Shown in pieces: positions 1 through 10,677 of a DNA stretch of 43,538 nt. The notes under the pieces are model-generated. The model was given only the letters and a program-made list of their open reading frames with translations, had not been told where the DNA came from and ran no database searches. A program made the translations under genes and the position numbers. Position 1 is the first letter of the stretch, and each line of letters starts with the position of its first letter. The DNA comes from Fidelibacterota bacterium. Its GTDB lineage: Bacteria > Verrucomicrobiota > Kiritimatiellia > JAIPIQ01. The stretch is taken from positions 1 to 43,538 of the forward strand of contig JAIPIQ010000003.1 of the NCBI GenBank assembly GCA_021734645.1, in the 5' to 3' direction.

Positions 1-1071
1 TCCGACCGCCGGGATGCGTTCTGCGGGAAGTTCTCCGTGATGGATGTATTCTGCCAGTACGGGTTGCCCTTCACCACGGTCCCGCCGCATACAGTGGCCC
101 CCGCCTCGGAAACCTTCGAAACGCAGATCTGCCAGTTTGCCGCGGTGTGCCGGGTGGTCAATGGCATGCGGCGCATGACCGTCGGCGGCATCGGCGCGCG
201 CACCACGGCGGTCAAGACCGTCCGCTTCGATGAATTGGCGCTCCAGCGGTACGGGATCACCACCGAGGTGCTGGATTTGTCGGAGGTGTTTCTGCGGGTG
301 CGCGGGGTGCCGTCCGGAAGCGACGCCCTGGCCGCCAAGCGGGAGCGACTGCGGAACTACACGAACTGGGACGGGGTTCCGGGCGAGAAAATTGAGATGC
401 TGGCCAAGCTGGGCGTAGTGCTCGACGGCATTCTCGCCGAGTATCAGATGGACTGCCTGGCGCTGCGCTGCTGGATTGAGATCGAGAAGGAGCTGGGGGT
501 GTCGCCCTGCGTGTTGCTGAGCGAGCTCAACGACCGGGGCATAGCGGCGGCGTGCGAGCTGGATGTCTGCAACGCCATTCCGATGCATGCGCTCAAGCTT
601 GCCTCGAACCGGCCGGCGACCTGCCTGGACTGGAACAACAACTACGGCGAGGACCCGGACCGCTGCATCCTCTTCCACTGTGGACCGGTTCCGCAGAGCC
701 TGATGACGGCCAAAGGCCGGATCGTTGACCACCCGATGTTCGCCAAGGCCATGGGCGCCGGCTGCGGGTGGGGGTGCAATGTCGGGCGGATTGCCCCGGC
801 GTCCATCACGTTCGCCAGCTCAAAGACCCACAACGGGAAACTGTGCTGCTATCTGGGCGAGGGGCGGATCACCGACGACCCCATCGCGGAGGACTTCTTC
901 GGCTGCGCCGGCGTGGTCCGCATCCCGAATCTGCAGGCGGTACTGCAGTATGTCGGCCAGGAAGGGTATCGTCATCATGTCAGCGTCAGCCCGGGTCATG
1001 TGGCGCAGGCCGTCCGGGAGGCGTTCACGAACTACCTCGGCTACGAGGTGATGCACTTCGCCGACACTTGA
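1..1071 (+). CDS. L-fucose/L-arabinose isomerase family protein (5' end lies upstream of the window)
   Basis: Frame is open from base 1 (SDRRDAFCGKFSVMD...). Family-like motifs RCW, ACELD, LFHCG and C-terminal GxRHHV. Confidence 0.8.
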   Translation, partial: SDRRDAFCGKFSVMDVFCQYGLPFTTVPPHTVAPASETFETQICQFAAVCRVVNGMRRMTVGGIGARTTAVKTVRFDELALQRYGITTEVLDLSEVFLRVRGVPSGSDALAAKRERLRNYTNWDGVPGEKIEMLAKLGVVLDGILAEYQMDCLALRCWIEIEKELGVSPCVLLSELNDRGIAAACELDVCNAIPMHALKLASNRPATCLDWNNNYGEDPDRCILFHCGPVPQSLMTAKGRIVDHPMFAKAMGAGCGWGCNVGRIAPASITFASSKTHNGKLCCYLGEGRITDDPIAEDFFGCAGVVRIPNLQAVLQYVGQEGYRHHVSVSPGHVAQAVREAFTNYLGYEVMHFADT

Positions 1072-1099
1072 TGAGCCGTGGGGTTCGTCGGTTGTCCGT

Positions 1100-1867
1100 T
1101 TAAAGGGTCCACCCGATCCCGGCCAGAACAATCAGGTCGTTTTTCTCCAAGTTGGCGCCCGGTTCGCTGTCGTAGCGGTGCTGCACGACGAGGCGCAGGT
1201 TCAAACGCTGATTGAGGGCGGCCTCGGCGCCGAGTTCCGCGTTGAGCAGGGCTGCGCTGAAATCATCAGCTTTGGGCAGGTACTCGAGGCTTTGCCAAAT
1301 GCGGGCCGACTCGCTCACCTGCTGCTCGAAACGCTGGGCCAGGCGCCAGGCCAGGTATTCCTCGCGCGCGCCGGCGACCTTGTCCCAGATGTATGCCGGG
1401 CCGGTTTCGAGCAAAAGCGTCCGGGTTTCCGTTTTGAGCAGGTGATAGCCCAGGCCGGGACTGAGTGTGACGCGATAGGCGATTTCCGCCAAGTCATCGT
1501 GCAGCCCGGCCAGATCCAGCGCCGCAAACCAGTGGCGCGGCAACTCCTTCTGGACGTTGATGAACCCGAGGGCCTTGTTCATGGTGGTGACCCGCTCCCG
1601 CCCTGTGTCCTCCGCCGCTGCGTCCGCCGCGCGGCGCGGCTTGTTTTCGGCGTAATGGCCTTCAAGCCCCGCCCGGATGGCGCCCAGCCCCGGCCGCTCG
1701 CCTTCAGTCAGCACACCCAGATTCCATTGCTGGGATTCCGCGTTGCCCTCGGTCAGGGTGGCCCCCAGGTTCAGGCCGGTCTGCCAAACATCGGTCCCCG
1801 CCCCCGTCACCGCATTAACCCAACCCAGCCCGGTCAAGATCACTAATCCCAATCTACCACGCCACAT
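1100..1867 (-). CDS. DUF481/YdiY-like outer-membrane beta-barrel protein
   Basis: ATG at 1867 with AAGGAG RBS, signal peptide, 'LGATLTEGNAES', 'YRVTLSPGLGY', amphipathic strands and C-terminal GIGWTL. Confidence 0.8.
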   Translation of the reverse strand: MWRGRLGLVILTGLGWVNAVTGAGTDVWQTGLNLGATLTEGNAESQQWNLGVLTEGERPGLGAIRAGLEGHYAENKPRRAADAAAEDTGRERVTTMNKALGFINVQKELPRHWFAALDLAGLHDDLAEIAYRVTLSPGLGYHLLKTETRTLLLETGPAYIWDKVAGAREEYLAWRLAQRFEQQVSESARIWQSLEYLPKADDFSAALLNAELGAEAALNQRLNLRLVVQHRYDSEPGANLEKNDLIVLAGIGWTL

Positions 1868-2085
1868 TTTCTGCTCCTTTCGCTGGTTCCGCCGCGCCAC
1901 CGCCTGTGCGCATTGTCCGGCCACCATAGCCCAGTTGCGCGGCACAGTTCAAACCATAAGCATTTCTGCAAATCCCGGGGTCGGTGGGGCCGGTGTTGAT
2001 AATGCGGGGGACCTGTGGCACTATGGATTGATGAATAGGCGAGATCAATGGGTGTGCGGGGTTGGCCAAGGGGCGGGAGCGTGTC

Positions 2086-2940
2086 ATGGCCAATAGCACG
2101 CGAATCGGGATCTGGTTCGGCATTCCGATCCAAGTGCATATCACCCTGTGGCTGTGCCTGCCCTTGTTCGCCCTCCAGTTCGCAAATCTTTTGGACGGGG
2201 TTTCCTTCGGGGCGGGGCTGGTGGCGGCGGCGGGTCTGTTCGTCAGCGTGGCCCTGCACGAGCTGGGGCATGCGCTGGTATCCCGGCGGTACGGCTGCCG
2301 GGTGCGGGAAATCCTGCTGTTGCCCATTGGCGGCGTGGCCAAACTCGAACGCCTGCCGCGGGAGCCGCGCGCGGAAATCTTGATCGCCCTGGCCGGGCCG
2401 GCCGTGAGCCTGACCCTGTTCGTGTTCGGGCGGGTCGCCGCCAGTTTATTTGCCTTCTGGTCCGTGGTGTCCAGCGTGTTCATGGCCCTGGCGTTCATCA
2501 ATCTATTCCTGGCGCTGTTCAACCTCCTGCCCTCCTTCCCCATGGATGGCGGCCGGATCTTCCGGGCCTGGATGACCCCGCGCCTGGGCCGCCTGAATGC
2601 CACCTATCTCGCCATGCGGGTCGGCCGATTCCTGGCTGTGATCATGGGCCTGATCGGTCTCTTCCGCGGGCAAATCTTCCTCGTGGCCATCGCCATCTTC
2701 ATCTATATCGCCGCTGGCGCCGAATTCCGGCAGGTCGCCCAACAGGAAGGGGGCCGCCCCGCGCCGTTTTTCTTTGGGCCGCGCCACGAGGCCGGCCCCC
2801 GCACCCTAGATCCAACCGAGGTCGAGGTCAGCCCGCCGCCCTATGCCGAGCCGGACGATCCGCCGCTGGACCGCTTCTGGCGGCGGGTGCAGCGCGGCGG
2901 CAAGGGAATGTTTGACGAGCTCTGGCGTCAGTGGCATTGA
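2086..2940 (+). CDS. site-2 protease, peptidase M50 family
   Basis: HELGH zinc motif, 'IALAGPAVS', 'FNLLPSFPMDGGR', multiple TM segments. Confidence 0.92.
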   Translation: MANSTRIGIWFGIPIQVHITLWLCLPLFALQFANLLDGVSFGAGLVAAAGLFVSVALHELGHALVSRRYGCRVREILLLPIGGVAKLERLPREPRAEILIALAGPAVSLTLFVFGRVAASLFAFWSVVSSVFMALAFINLFLALFNLLPSFPMDGGRIFRAWMTPRLGRLNATYLAMRVGRFLAVIMGLIGLFRGQIFLVAIAIFIYIAAGAEFRQVAQQEGGRPAPFFFGPRHEAGPRTLDPTEVEVSPPPYAEPDDPPLDRFWRRVQRGGKGMFDELWRQWH

Positions 2941-2959
2941 AGCGGAACAAGACCCGACC

Positions 2960-3976
2960 ATGAAACACCGCGCACAGAACCCGGTAGCGTCACAACCGGC
3001 GGCCCCCGCCAAACGACGGGGCACGGTCACCTTGCTGGTGCTGTTGCTGGTGGCGACCGTGGCCGCGCTGGTGACGCAGGGGCAACTGGGCGCGTATATC
3101 CGGCGGCGGGCGGCAGGGCATCACGCCGCCGAAACTCGCTTGCGGCGCCTGGCGTTCGAGGGGGTGCGGGGGGCCGCCCGGCAACTGGCGGCCGCCACCG
3201 AAGGCGATGCCACCAACCTGTTGCGCTCGGGATTCGCGCAACTTGAATGGTCCCCCGCCCCCGGCACAACCGTGACTGTCACCCTCGAAGATCTCGAACG
3301 CAAACTCGACCTCAACAACTTGTATATCGAGGGCGAGCCCGCCGAAGCCGAGGGCGGCGGACGCACGGTGGCCGACATCCTGGGCGAGGCCTTCCGGTTC
3401 AGCGGCGAGGCCGCGCCCGGCGAACGGCTGGCCGCCCTGCGGGACTGGATGGATCCCGACCAGGACGGCTTCCATGAAGCCCCTTGGCCCGATACGGACG
3501 CGCGCCCGCCAAACTACTGGCTCGATGCCCCCGCCGAACTCGATTTCGTGCCCGGTTTCGCACCGGCGTGGCTCACGCCCCGCCCCGAAATGCCGGAGGC
3601 GCCGCCGCTGTTCGCCACCCCGCCCGCCGAGCTGTTCACAATCATCCCCGGCCCGCGCCGCGAGCCCTGGCGCGTAAACGTCAACAGCGCGTCCCGCCCC
3701 GTCCTGCTGGCCGTGCTCGGTCTCGAACACCAGCCCTGGGTCGAAGCACTCCTGATCGAGCGCCAGGCCCGGCCGCTGGATGACCTCGAGCCCCTGCAGG
3801 CCGGCGCCGACCAGGCCCTGCAGGCGCGCCTCGCCCGCTACCTCGCGGTGCGCAGCCGCCACTTTGCCGTCCGGGCGCGGGCGCGCGAGGCGGAACGCAC
3901 GCGCGAGGCCTGGGCCCTGCTGCGGCGCGAGGCGGAAGGCCAGGTGAGTTGGTTGCGTTGCGTGTGGCATCCCTAG
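2960..3976 (+). CDS. type II secretion protein K (GspK)-like minor pseudopilin
   Basis: Prepilin-like 'KRRG|TVTLLVLL' hydrophobic N-terminus, 'LEDLERKLDLNNL', 'LRDWMDPD', 'VNVNSAS..VL.A', 'VRSRHF.V'. Confidence 0.75.
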   Translation: MKHRAQNPVASQPAAPAKRRGTVTLLVLLLVATVAALVTQGQLGAYIRRRAAGHHAAETRLRRLAFEGVRGAARQLAAATEGDATNLLRSGFAQLEWSPAPGTTVTVTLEDLERKLDLNNLYIEGEPAEAEGGGRTVADILGEAFRFSGEAAPGERLAALRDWMDPDQDGFHEAPWPDTDARPPNYWLDAPAELDFVPGFAPAWLTPRPEMPEAPPLFATPPAELFTIIPGPRREPWRVNVNSASRPVLLAVLGLEHQPWVEALLIERQARPLDDLEPLQAGADQALQARLARYLAVRSRHFAVRARAREAERTREAWALLRREAEGQVSWLRCVWHP

Positions 3977-3991
3977 CGTGAGGAGAAACGG

Positions 3992-4897
3992 ATGAAAACG
4001 GAGTCACCCAGGAAAATCAGGGTCCTGATCAATCCCAACTCAGGTTCAGCCTCGTCCTTTGATGCGATTCAGGAGGAAATCGAACGCGGGTGGGACCAGC
4101 CGGAGCAGGACATCACCTATCAGTTCAGTCGGGACGCGGCGGATGGCCAGGCCAAGGCCCGGCGGGCCGTGGCCGAGGGCGTGGATACGATCCTGGTGGC
4201 CGGGGGCGACGGCATGATCAACTCCATCGGCAGCGAGCTGCTGAGTACGGACGTGGCCCTGGGGGTCATTCCCACAGGCAGCGGCAACGGGTTCGCCCGC
4301 CATTTCAACATCCCGCTCAACCCCGCCAAAGCCGTGCAAACCCTGGTGAACGCCCGCCGCCAGAAAATTGACGTGGGCGTGGCCAACGGCCGCCCGTTCT
4401 TTGTGACCTGCAGCATGGCCTGGGATGCCGCCCTGGTCCGCACGTTCGAGAAATTCCCCATCCGCGGCGTCCTGCCCTATGTCTTCGCTGGCGTCTATGA
4501 ATACCTCGGCTATGATCCCCAGCCCCTCGAAGCCGTCCTTGATGATGGCGAAACCCTGCGCATCCCCGACCCCGTCGTGTTCACGGTCGCCAACCTGACC
4601 CAGTTCGGCGGCGGCGCGCGCATCGCCCCCACGGCCTGTCCCGACGATGGCTACCTCGAAGTGATCATCATGCGCCAGCGGGACTGGCCGCGCCTCCTCG
4701 CCAACATCAACCGCCTCTTTGACGGCACCCTCGACGGCCTGGATGAAGTCATGACCCGCCGCTGCCGCAAGCTGACCGTCCGCCGCGAGAAATCCGCCCC
4801 CCTGCAAATGGATGGCGAGCTGTGCGCCGCCGACCGGCACATCAAAGTGGACATCCTGCACCGGGCGCTGACGATTCTCGCCCCCGCGCCGCCCTGA
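3992..4897 (+). CDS. diacylglycerol/lipid kinase family protein (YegS/DagK-like)
   Basis: NPNSG, AGGDG, IPTGSGNGFAR, FGGG and QMDGE motifs; GAGGAG RBS. Confidence 0.93.
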   Translation: MKTESPRKIRVLINPNSGSASSFDAIQEEIERGWDQPEQDITYQFSRDAADGQAKARRAVAEGVDTILVAGGDGMINSIGSELLSTDVALGVIPTGSGNGFARHFNIPLNPAKAVQTLVNARRQKIDVGVANGRPFFVTCSMAWDAALVRTFEKFPIRGVLPYVFAGVYEYLGYDPQPLEAVLDDGETLRIPDPVVFTVANLTQFGGGARIAPTACPDDGYLEVIIMRQRDWPRLLANINRLFDGTLDGLDEVMTRRCRKLTVRREKSAPLQMDGELCAADRHIKVDILHRALTILAPAPP

Positions 4898-5027
4898 GCA
4901 ACGTCTTTTTTCTTTACCGGAGCAACCACCGCCCCGACTGGAAGATCTGAAAAAAATATGTAGTGAAGCCCCTTGATCTGAAACCCAGGGAATATTGTGT
5001 TTTTGGCCGCGAACAGCGAAAGACGGG

Positions 5028-8000
5028 CTAACCGCGCGGGGGGGTGGGGATGCGGTAGACCAGGACGTAATTGAGGGGGATGACAATCATGGTCAGGACG
5101 GTGGCGAAGGTCAGGCCGCACATGATGGTGACGGCCATGGCCGCATAGAAGGCATCCAGCAGCAGGGGCAGCATGCCCAGGACGGTGGTCAGGGCGGCGA
5201 GGGCGACGGGCCGCAGGCGGCTGACGGCGGCGTTGACCACAGCCTCGAAGGGCGCGGCGCCCGCGCCGGTTTGGGCGTTGATCTCGTCTATCAGCACGAT
5301 GGCATTTTTGATTTGCATGCCGACGAGGCTCAGGAATCCCAGCAAGGCCATGAAGCCGAAGGGTTGCCCGAACGCCAGCAGGCCGGCGGTCACACCGATG
5401 ACCGTCAGGGGCACAGTCATGAAGATCACCAGGGGTTGCTTGAGCGAATTGAACAGGGCGATCACGATCAGCAGCATCAGCAGGAAGATCGGAGGCATTT
5501 TGCCGGCCAAGGCCGCGTTGGCATTCGCCGAGCTTTCGTGCTCGCCGCCCCACTCGAGGCGATAGCCCCCGGGCAGGTCGTTCAAGGCTTCGAGCAGGCG
5601 TGGGGCCAGGCGCTGGAAGGCGGCCGCGGCGGTCTCGCCGGCCGGGTTGCACTTGACGGTCAGGCAGAGGGAGCGGTCACGGCGCGGCAGGCGGGCTTCT
5701 TCGGAAACGGTTTCGAAGCGCTCGACGACTTGGGCCAGGGGGACGGGCCGATTGAGCCGCGGGCTCCAGAACCAGGCACTGAGCAGCGAGTCCGGATCCG
5801 CGCGTTCGCTGTCCGGCGCGCGCAACAGAATCGGCAGGCTGTCGTCCCCGTCCTTGTAGGTGGCAATGGGATAGCCGACGGTCGCGGTTTTGAGGCCCGC
5901 GGCGATCTCGGCACGGGTCAAGCCCAGGCGGCGCGCGCGCGTATCGGAAATCAGGGGGCGGATCAGGTCAGCGCGGTTGCGCCAGTCGCTCTGAATTTCC
6001 ACCAAGCGGGGATCCGCGCGCATGACCGCGAGGGCCCGGCTGCCCAGGCGCCGCAAGACGGCGCCGTCCGGCCCGATGATCCGCAACTGGATTTTCTGGG
6101 GGTCGCCGGGGCCCAGCACGAATTTCTGGGCATAGACCAGGGCTTCGGGCATGATGTCGCGCGCCTGTTCGGTGAGCTGTTCGGCGAGGGCGGGAATTTT
6201 CCGGTAGTCGGCGACGTCCACCAGCAGGGGGCCATAGGCGGGATCGGGATTCTCGGCGCTGAAAGTCAGCAGGAAGCGCAGTCCGCCGGTGCCGGTGAAG
6301 GCGGTGACATGGCCGACGCCGTCGAGCGTGGCGGCGGTTTCGGCGAGTCTACGCAGGCGTTGGTCGGTGGCCTGGATGGCGCTGCCCTGGGGCATCCAGA
6401 GGTGGACCATGAACTGGGGGCGGGTCGAGTCGGGGAAGAAGCTCTTGCTGACGCGGGTGAAGCCGCCGATGGCGGCGGCCAGCAAGGCCAGCAGCACGAG
6501 GAGGGTCCGGCCGCGGTGGCGCAGACAGGCGCAGAGGAAGGTGCGATAGCCGCGGTAGAAGGCGCTGCTGTAGGGGGGGCGGTCGGGCGCGCCGGATTCT
6601 TTTTTGCGCAGGAAGGTTGCGGCCAACAGGGGGGTGAGGGTGATGGCCAGCAGCCAGCTCATCAGCAGGGAGATCAGCAGCACGAGGAACAGGGACCGGC
6701 AATATTCGCCGGAGCTGTCCTGGGAGGCGCCGATGGGGGCGAAGGACAGGATGGCGACGACGGTGGCGCCGAGCAGCGGCCACTGGGTTTGCTTGACCAC
6801 GGCCACCGCGGCCTTGACCTTATCGCGGCCTTGCTGGGCGGCGATCAGGACGGCTTCGGTGATCACGATGGCATTATCCACCAGCATGCCCAGGGCAATG
6901 ATGAAGGCGCCCAGACTGATGCGCTCGAACAGGATCCCCAGGCCCTGCATGATCAGCACCGTACTCATCACCGTCACGATCAGCACCGCGCCGATCAACA
7001 GCCCGCTCTGTAAACCCATGGTCAGCAGCAGCACGGCAATGACGATCAGCACCGCCTCGACGAGGTTGACCACGAACCCTTTGACGGCCACGTTGACGCT
7101 GTCGGCCTGGTGCGAGATCACGCCGAACTCGATGCCGATGGGTGTTTCCGTCTCGAGCGCGCGCAGGCGCGCGTCAATGGAATCCCCCATGGTGATGACG
7201 TTGCCGCCGGCCACCGTGGAGATGCCCAGGCCGATGCAGGGGTGTCCATTGTAGCGCAGCAATTTCTGTGGTGGGTCGAGATAGCCGCGCCGGATGGTGG
7301 CGATATCGCCCAGGCGCACCGCGGGGCGGTCGCCGCCGCCGGGCGGGATGATCAGCAACTCAGCCAGCTCGGTCACCGCGCGCAGCTTGCCGGTGGGTTC
7401 GAGGCGGATGAATTTTTCGCCGATGTGAATGCTGCCGGCATCGGCGGCATTGTTCTGGCCGGCGATGACTTGCTGAATTTGCGGGGGTGAAATGCCGGTG
7501 GTGGCCAGGCGCGCGCGGCTGACTTCGACGTAGACGACTTCGGGCTGATCGCCGATCAGCTCGATCTTGGCGACGTCGTCGCAGAGCAGCAGCTCGCGGC
7601 GGAGCAGTTTGGCGTAGGCGCGCAAGTCGGCATAGGAATAGCCATCGCCATAGACCGCGTAGAAGACCCCATAGACATCGCCGAAATCGTCCATCACGCG
7701 GGGGGCGCCGCAACCGGGCGGCAACTGGGCCTGCATATCGGTGACTTTGCGGCGCAGCTCGTCCCAGATTTGGGGCAGGTCTTTCTTGCCGTATTTATCC
7801 TGCATTTCGACGGAGATGATCGAGCGGCCGGGGTAGGACGTGCTGGTGACCCGTTTGAGTTGGCCCAGTTGCTGGACGGCGACCTCGATGGGATCCGTGA
7901 CTTCTTCCATGACCTCGATCGCGGTGGCCCCGGGATACAGGGTGACGATCTGGGCGGACTTGATGGTGAACTCGGGATCTTCGAGGCGCCCGATGCGGGT

Positions 8001-8087
8001 ATAGGCCCAGAGCCCGCCCAGCAGCAGCGCCGCCGTCAGCACGTAGGTGACCACCTTCCTTTCGATGCAGCATTGCGCGGGATTCAT
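5028..8087 (-). CDS. RND efflux transporter permease subunit (AcrB/AcrD/AcrF family)
   Basis: 1019 aa; 'GRLEDPEFTIK', 'ALGMLVDNAIV', 'GMQIKNAIVLID', 'RLRPV..AALTT'. Confidence 0.95.
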   Translation of the reverse strand: MNPAQCCIERKVVTYVLTAALLLGGLWAYTRIGRLEDPEFTIKSAQIVTLYPGATAIEVMEEVTDPIEVAVQQLGQLKRVTSTSYPGRSIISVEMQDKYGKKDLPQIWDELRRKVTDMQAQLPPGCGAPRVMDDFGDVYGVFYAVYGDGYSYADLRAYAKLLRRELLLCDDVAKIELIGDQPEVVYVEVSRARLATTGISPPQIQQVIAGQNNAADAGSIHIGEKFIRLEPTGKLRAVTELAELLIIPPGGGDRPAVRLGDIATIRRGYLDPPQKLLRYNGHPCIGLGISTVAGGNVITMGDSIDARLRALETETPIGIEFGVISHQADSVNVAVKGFVVNLVEAVLIVIAVLLLTMGLQSGLLIGAVLIVTVMSTVLIMQGLGILFERISLGAFIIALGMLVDNAIVITEAVLIAAQQGRDKVKAAVAVVKQTQWPLLGATVVAILSFAPIGASQDSSGEYCRSLFLVLLISLLMSWLLAITLTPLLAATFLRKKESGAPDRPPYSSAFYRGYRTFLCACLRHRGRTLLVLLALLAAAIGGFTRVSKSFFPDSTRPQFMVHLWMPQGSAIQATDQRLRRLAETAATLDGVGHVTAFTGTGGLRFLLTFSAENPDPAYGPLLVDVADYRKIPALAEQLTEQARDIMPEALVYAQKFVLGPGDPQKIQLRIIGPDGAVLRRLGSRALAVMRADPRLVEIQSDWRNRADLIRPLISDTRARRLGLTRAEIAAGLKTATVGYPIATYKDGDDSLPILLRAPDSERADPDSLLSAWFWSPRLNRPVPLAQVVERFETVSEEARLPRRDRSLCLTVKCNPAGETAAAAFQRLAPRLLEALNDLPGGYRLEWGGEHESSANANAALAGKMPPIFLLMLLIVIALFNSLKQPLVIFMTVPLTVIGVTAGLLAFGQPFGFMALLGFLSLVGMQIKNAIVLIDEINAQTGAGAAPFEAVVNAAVSRLRPVALAALTTVLGMLPLLLDAFYAAMAVTIMCGLTFATVLTMIVIPLNYVLVYRIPTPPRG

Positions 8088-9202
8088 TGCGCGTGCTCGG
8101 TCGCGGCGGGCATCAGGCGCACCACCCGGCCCTCCGTCAGGATGGTGATCCCGGCCGTGGCGATGCGTTCCCCCGCCGCCAGGCCGTCGCTGACGGCCAG
8201 CCAGACGCCGCTGCGCGCGCCGAGGCGGACGGGCCGCCGCCGGACGTCAAAATCACCGTCCTCGCGGGCGTCCAGAACCCAGACAAAGGGCGCGCCGTCA
8301 TCGCCGAAGCCGACGGCATCGGAAGGAACCTGGATCGCCGTTGGCCCGGCCGAAGCCTGTGGCACGGCGGCCAGCACGGTGCCGGTCATGCCCGGCAGCA
8401 GCAGCACCCCTTCGGGTTTTTCGAGGGTGAATGTGGTGCGGTAGGTCTGGGTGACCGGATCGGCGGTCGCGGCGAATTCCTTGAGCGTCACTGGGAACGT
8501 CTGTTCGGGCAGGGCATCAAACCGGACCGATAAAGACCGTTGGGCCAGTCGTTCGGGTGTGGCGCGCAGCACATACTGTTCGGGCACCGCGACGGCAATC
8601 GTCAGCGTGGCCACATCCTGCAGCTTCAGCACCGGGCGGCCGGGCGCCACCGTGTCGAAATTATCGGCAAAGGTATCCGAGACCACCCCGCTGAAACTTG
8701 CCGTCAACCGGGTATCGGCCAACGCCTTGGCCTGGATGGCCAACTGCGCTTCGGCCTTGGCCACTGCCGCGCGGGCTTGTGAGAACTCTTCCTGCGAGAC
8801 CGCATTAGCTGCCAGCGCCCGCTCGATGCGCGCCAGTGAGCTGCGCGCCCGCTCGAGATCCGCCTCGGCATTCTTGACCTGATTCTCGAAGTTGCTGGCG
8901 TCAAGGCGGGCCAGCAACTCGCCCTGCGCAACCAACTGGCCACGGCGCACCCGGAATTCGATCAGTCGCCCCGGCACTTCGAAAGAGAGGTCCACCTCCT
9001 TGTCGGCGTGGACCGTTCCGGGGAAAGCCAGCGTGGGCCGGGCGACCGGTTCGCCCACCACCAGGCTCTGAATCGGCCGCACCACCGTGCTGGGCTCCGC
9101 GGCCGACGGTTTCACCCGGTATAGAAAAACGGCCGCCACCGCGCCCGCCAGGAGCAACAGGCCCGCCAGCCGCCCGATCCGGTTCATTCTCTTTAGTTTC
9201 AT
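8084..9202 (-). CDS. RND efflux periplasmic adaptor (membrane fusion protein)
   Basis: 'LSFEVPGRL..F.V..GQ.V..GELLARLD', helical hairpin, 'LLPGMT', 'GL.AGERI..AG'; ATGA overlap with the permease. Confidence 0.93.
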   Translation of the reverse strand: MKLKRMNRIGRLAGLLLLAGAVAAVFLYRVKPSAAEPSTVVRPIQSLVVGEPVARPTLAFPGTVHADKEVDLSFEVPGRLIEFRVRRGQLVAQGELLARLDASNFENQVKNAEADLERARSSLARIERALAANAVSQEEFSQARAAVAKAEAQLAIQAKALADTRLTASFSGVVSDTFADNFDTVAPGRPVLKLQDVATLTIAVAVPEQYVLRATPERLAQRSLSVRFDALPEQTFPVTLKEFAATADPVTQTYRTTFTLEKPEGVLLLPGMTGTVLAAVPQASAGPTAIQVPSDAVGFGDDGAPFVWVLDAREDGDFDVRRRPVRLGARSGVWLAVSDGLAAGERIATAGITILTEGRVVRLMPAATEHAQ

Positions 9203-9220
9203 GAGCTTCCGCCTTCTCGT

Positions 9221-10675
9221 TTATGGAGTTTCCGGCGCGGGGTGGCTGCCGGTTGCCGCCGGACTCCACCCCCCGCCGAACGCCTTGTACACCGCCACCC
9301 ACTGCGCCGCCAACTGCCCCTGGGATTGGGCCAGCGCGTCCTGGTGCGCGGCCAACTGGCGCTGCATATCCAAGACATTCTGGAAATCCGTCAACCCGCT
9401 GCGGTACAGTTCGTTCACCAGCGTCACGGATTGGTCGGCGGCGGCCACCGCGGCTTGCAGCGCCTCGAGGCGCTCGGCCTCGCGCTGATGCGCGGCCAGG
9501 GCGTTCTCGCATTCGCGGTAGGCGGCCAACACAGTTTGTTCGTACTGGGCCAGGGTGGCCCGGGTGGCGGCCTCCTCGGCGCGCACCCGATTGCGCACGC
9601 GCCCGGCATTGAAGATGGACCAGGACAGGCTGGGGCCCAGGTTGTAATTCAGGGCGGCGGGGCGGAAGACTTCGGCGGAATAGGTCGAGGCGACGGCGAA
9701 GGCGCCGTTGAGGGTCAGCAGTGGGTAATAGTCGGCGCGGGCGACGCCGATGCGGGCGGTTTGGGCGGCGAGGTTACGTTCCGCGGCGCGGATATCGGGT
9801 CGGCGGCGCAGCAACTCGGCGGGGAGCAGGGCGGGCGGGGCGGCGGCTTGGGGCACGGGGCCGGGCGTGAGTAAATGGTCGTGGGCGCCGGGCAGGTTGC
9901 CGGTCAGCAGGCAGAGGGCGTTGAGGGCCTCGGTGATCCGTGCCCGGATCCGGGGGGTCTGGGCGGTGGTGGCGGCCAGATTCAATTTGGCCTGGTGCAC
10001 GTCCAACTCGCCGGTCAGCCCGGCCTCGAACCGCTCGCGAGTCATCTCGAGTGTCTCCGCCTGCAGCGCCAGATTCTGCTCGGCATACGCCAACTGCTGC
10101 TGGGCCGTCCGCAGCAGAATATATTCAGCGGCCACCTGCGCCTGCAGCATGACGAGCAAGTGTCGCACGTCTTCGAGCGCCGCTTGCATTTCACCCCGCG
10201 CCGCTTCGCGCCCGCGCCGCACCCGCCCCCAGAGGTCCAACTCCCACGTCATCGTAAAGCCGCCCTGATACAACCAGCCCGGATTATCCGTGCTCTCGAA
10301 CGCCAGCGGCACATGCACCCGCTCACTGCGGCGATCCCAAGCCACCCCTGCCTGCGCGCTCACCGCCGGATAGAAACCTGCTCGCGCAATGCCGTAAGCC
10401 GCCAGATAGCCATCGAAACGCCCCACCGCCGCCGCCAGGCTCCGATTCTGCTCCCGCGTTGCCGTAACCAACCCGGTCAAGTCCGGATCATCGAATACCT
10501 GCCACCAAGCAGCCAACGCCTCCGGCTCGGAGGCCTCACCCGCCGCCGCCTGCCAACGGGTGGGCGTTGTTACTCGCGGCGCCTCGTAATCCGGCCCCAC
10601 CGTCAGGCACCCCGCCAGGCAGCACGCCCCGAAGCTCCACACCCCCCCCACTCCAATCCGCTTCAAGCGCTTCAT
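9221..10675 (-). CDS. RND efflux outer-membrane factor (NodT/OprM family lipoprotein)
   Basis: Start reassigned to ATG 10675; lipobox-like 'LAGC' then 'VGPDY..P'; 'WELDLWGR', 'LLRRRPDIRAAE', 'YKAFGGGW'. Confidence 0.93.
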   Translation of the reverse strand: MKRLKRIGVGGVWSFGACCLAGCLTVGPDYEAPRVTTPTRWQAAAGEASEPEALAAWWQVFDDPDLTGLVTATREQNRSLAAAVGRFDGYLAAYGIARAGFYPAVSAQAGVAWDRRSERVHVPLAFESTDNPGWLYQGGFTMTWELDLWGRVRRGREAARGEMQAALEDVRHLLVMLQAQVAAEYILLRTAQQQLAYAEQNLALQAETLEMTRERFEAGLTGELDVHQAKLNLAATTAQTPRIRARITEALNALCLLTGNLPGAHDHLLTPGPVPQAAAPPALLPAELLRRRPDIRAAERNLAAQTARIGVARADYYPLLTLNGAFAVASTYSAEVFRPAALNYNLGPSLSWSIFNAGRVRNRVRAEEAATRATLAQYEQTVLAAYRECENALAAHQREAERLEALQAAVAAADQSVTLVNELYRSGLTDFQNVLDMQRQLAAHQDALAQSQGQLAAQWVAVYKAFGGGWSPAATGSHPAPETP

Positions 10676-10677
10676 TT

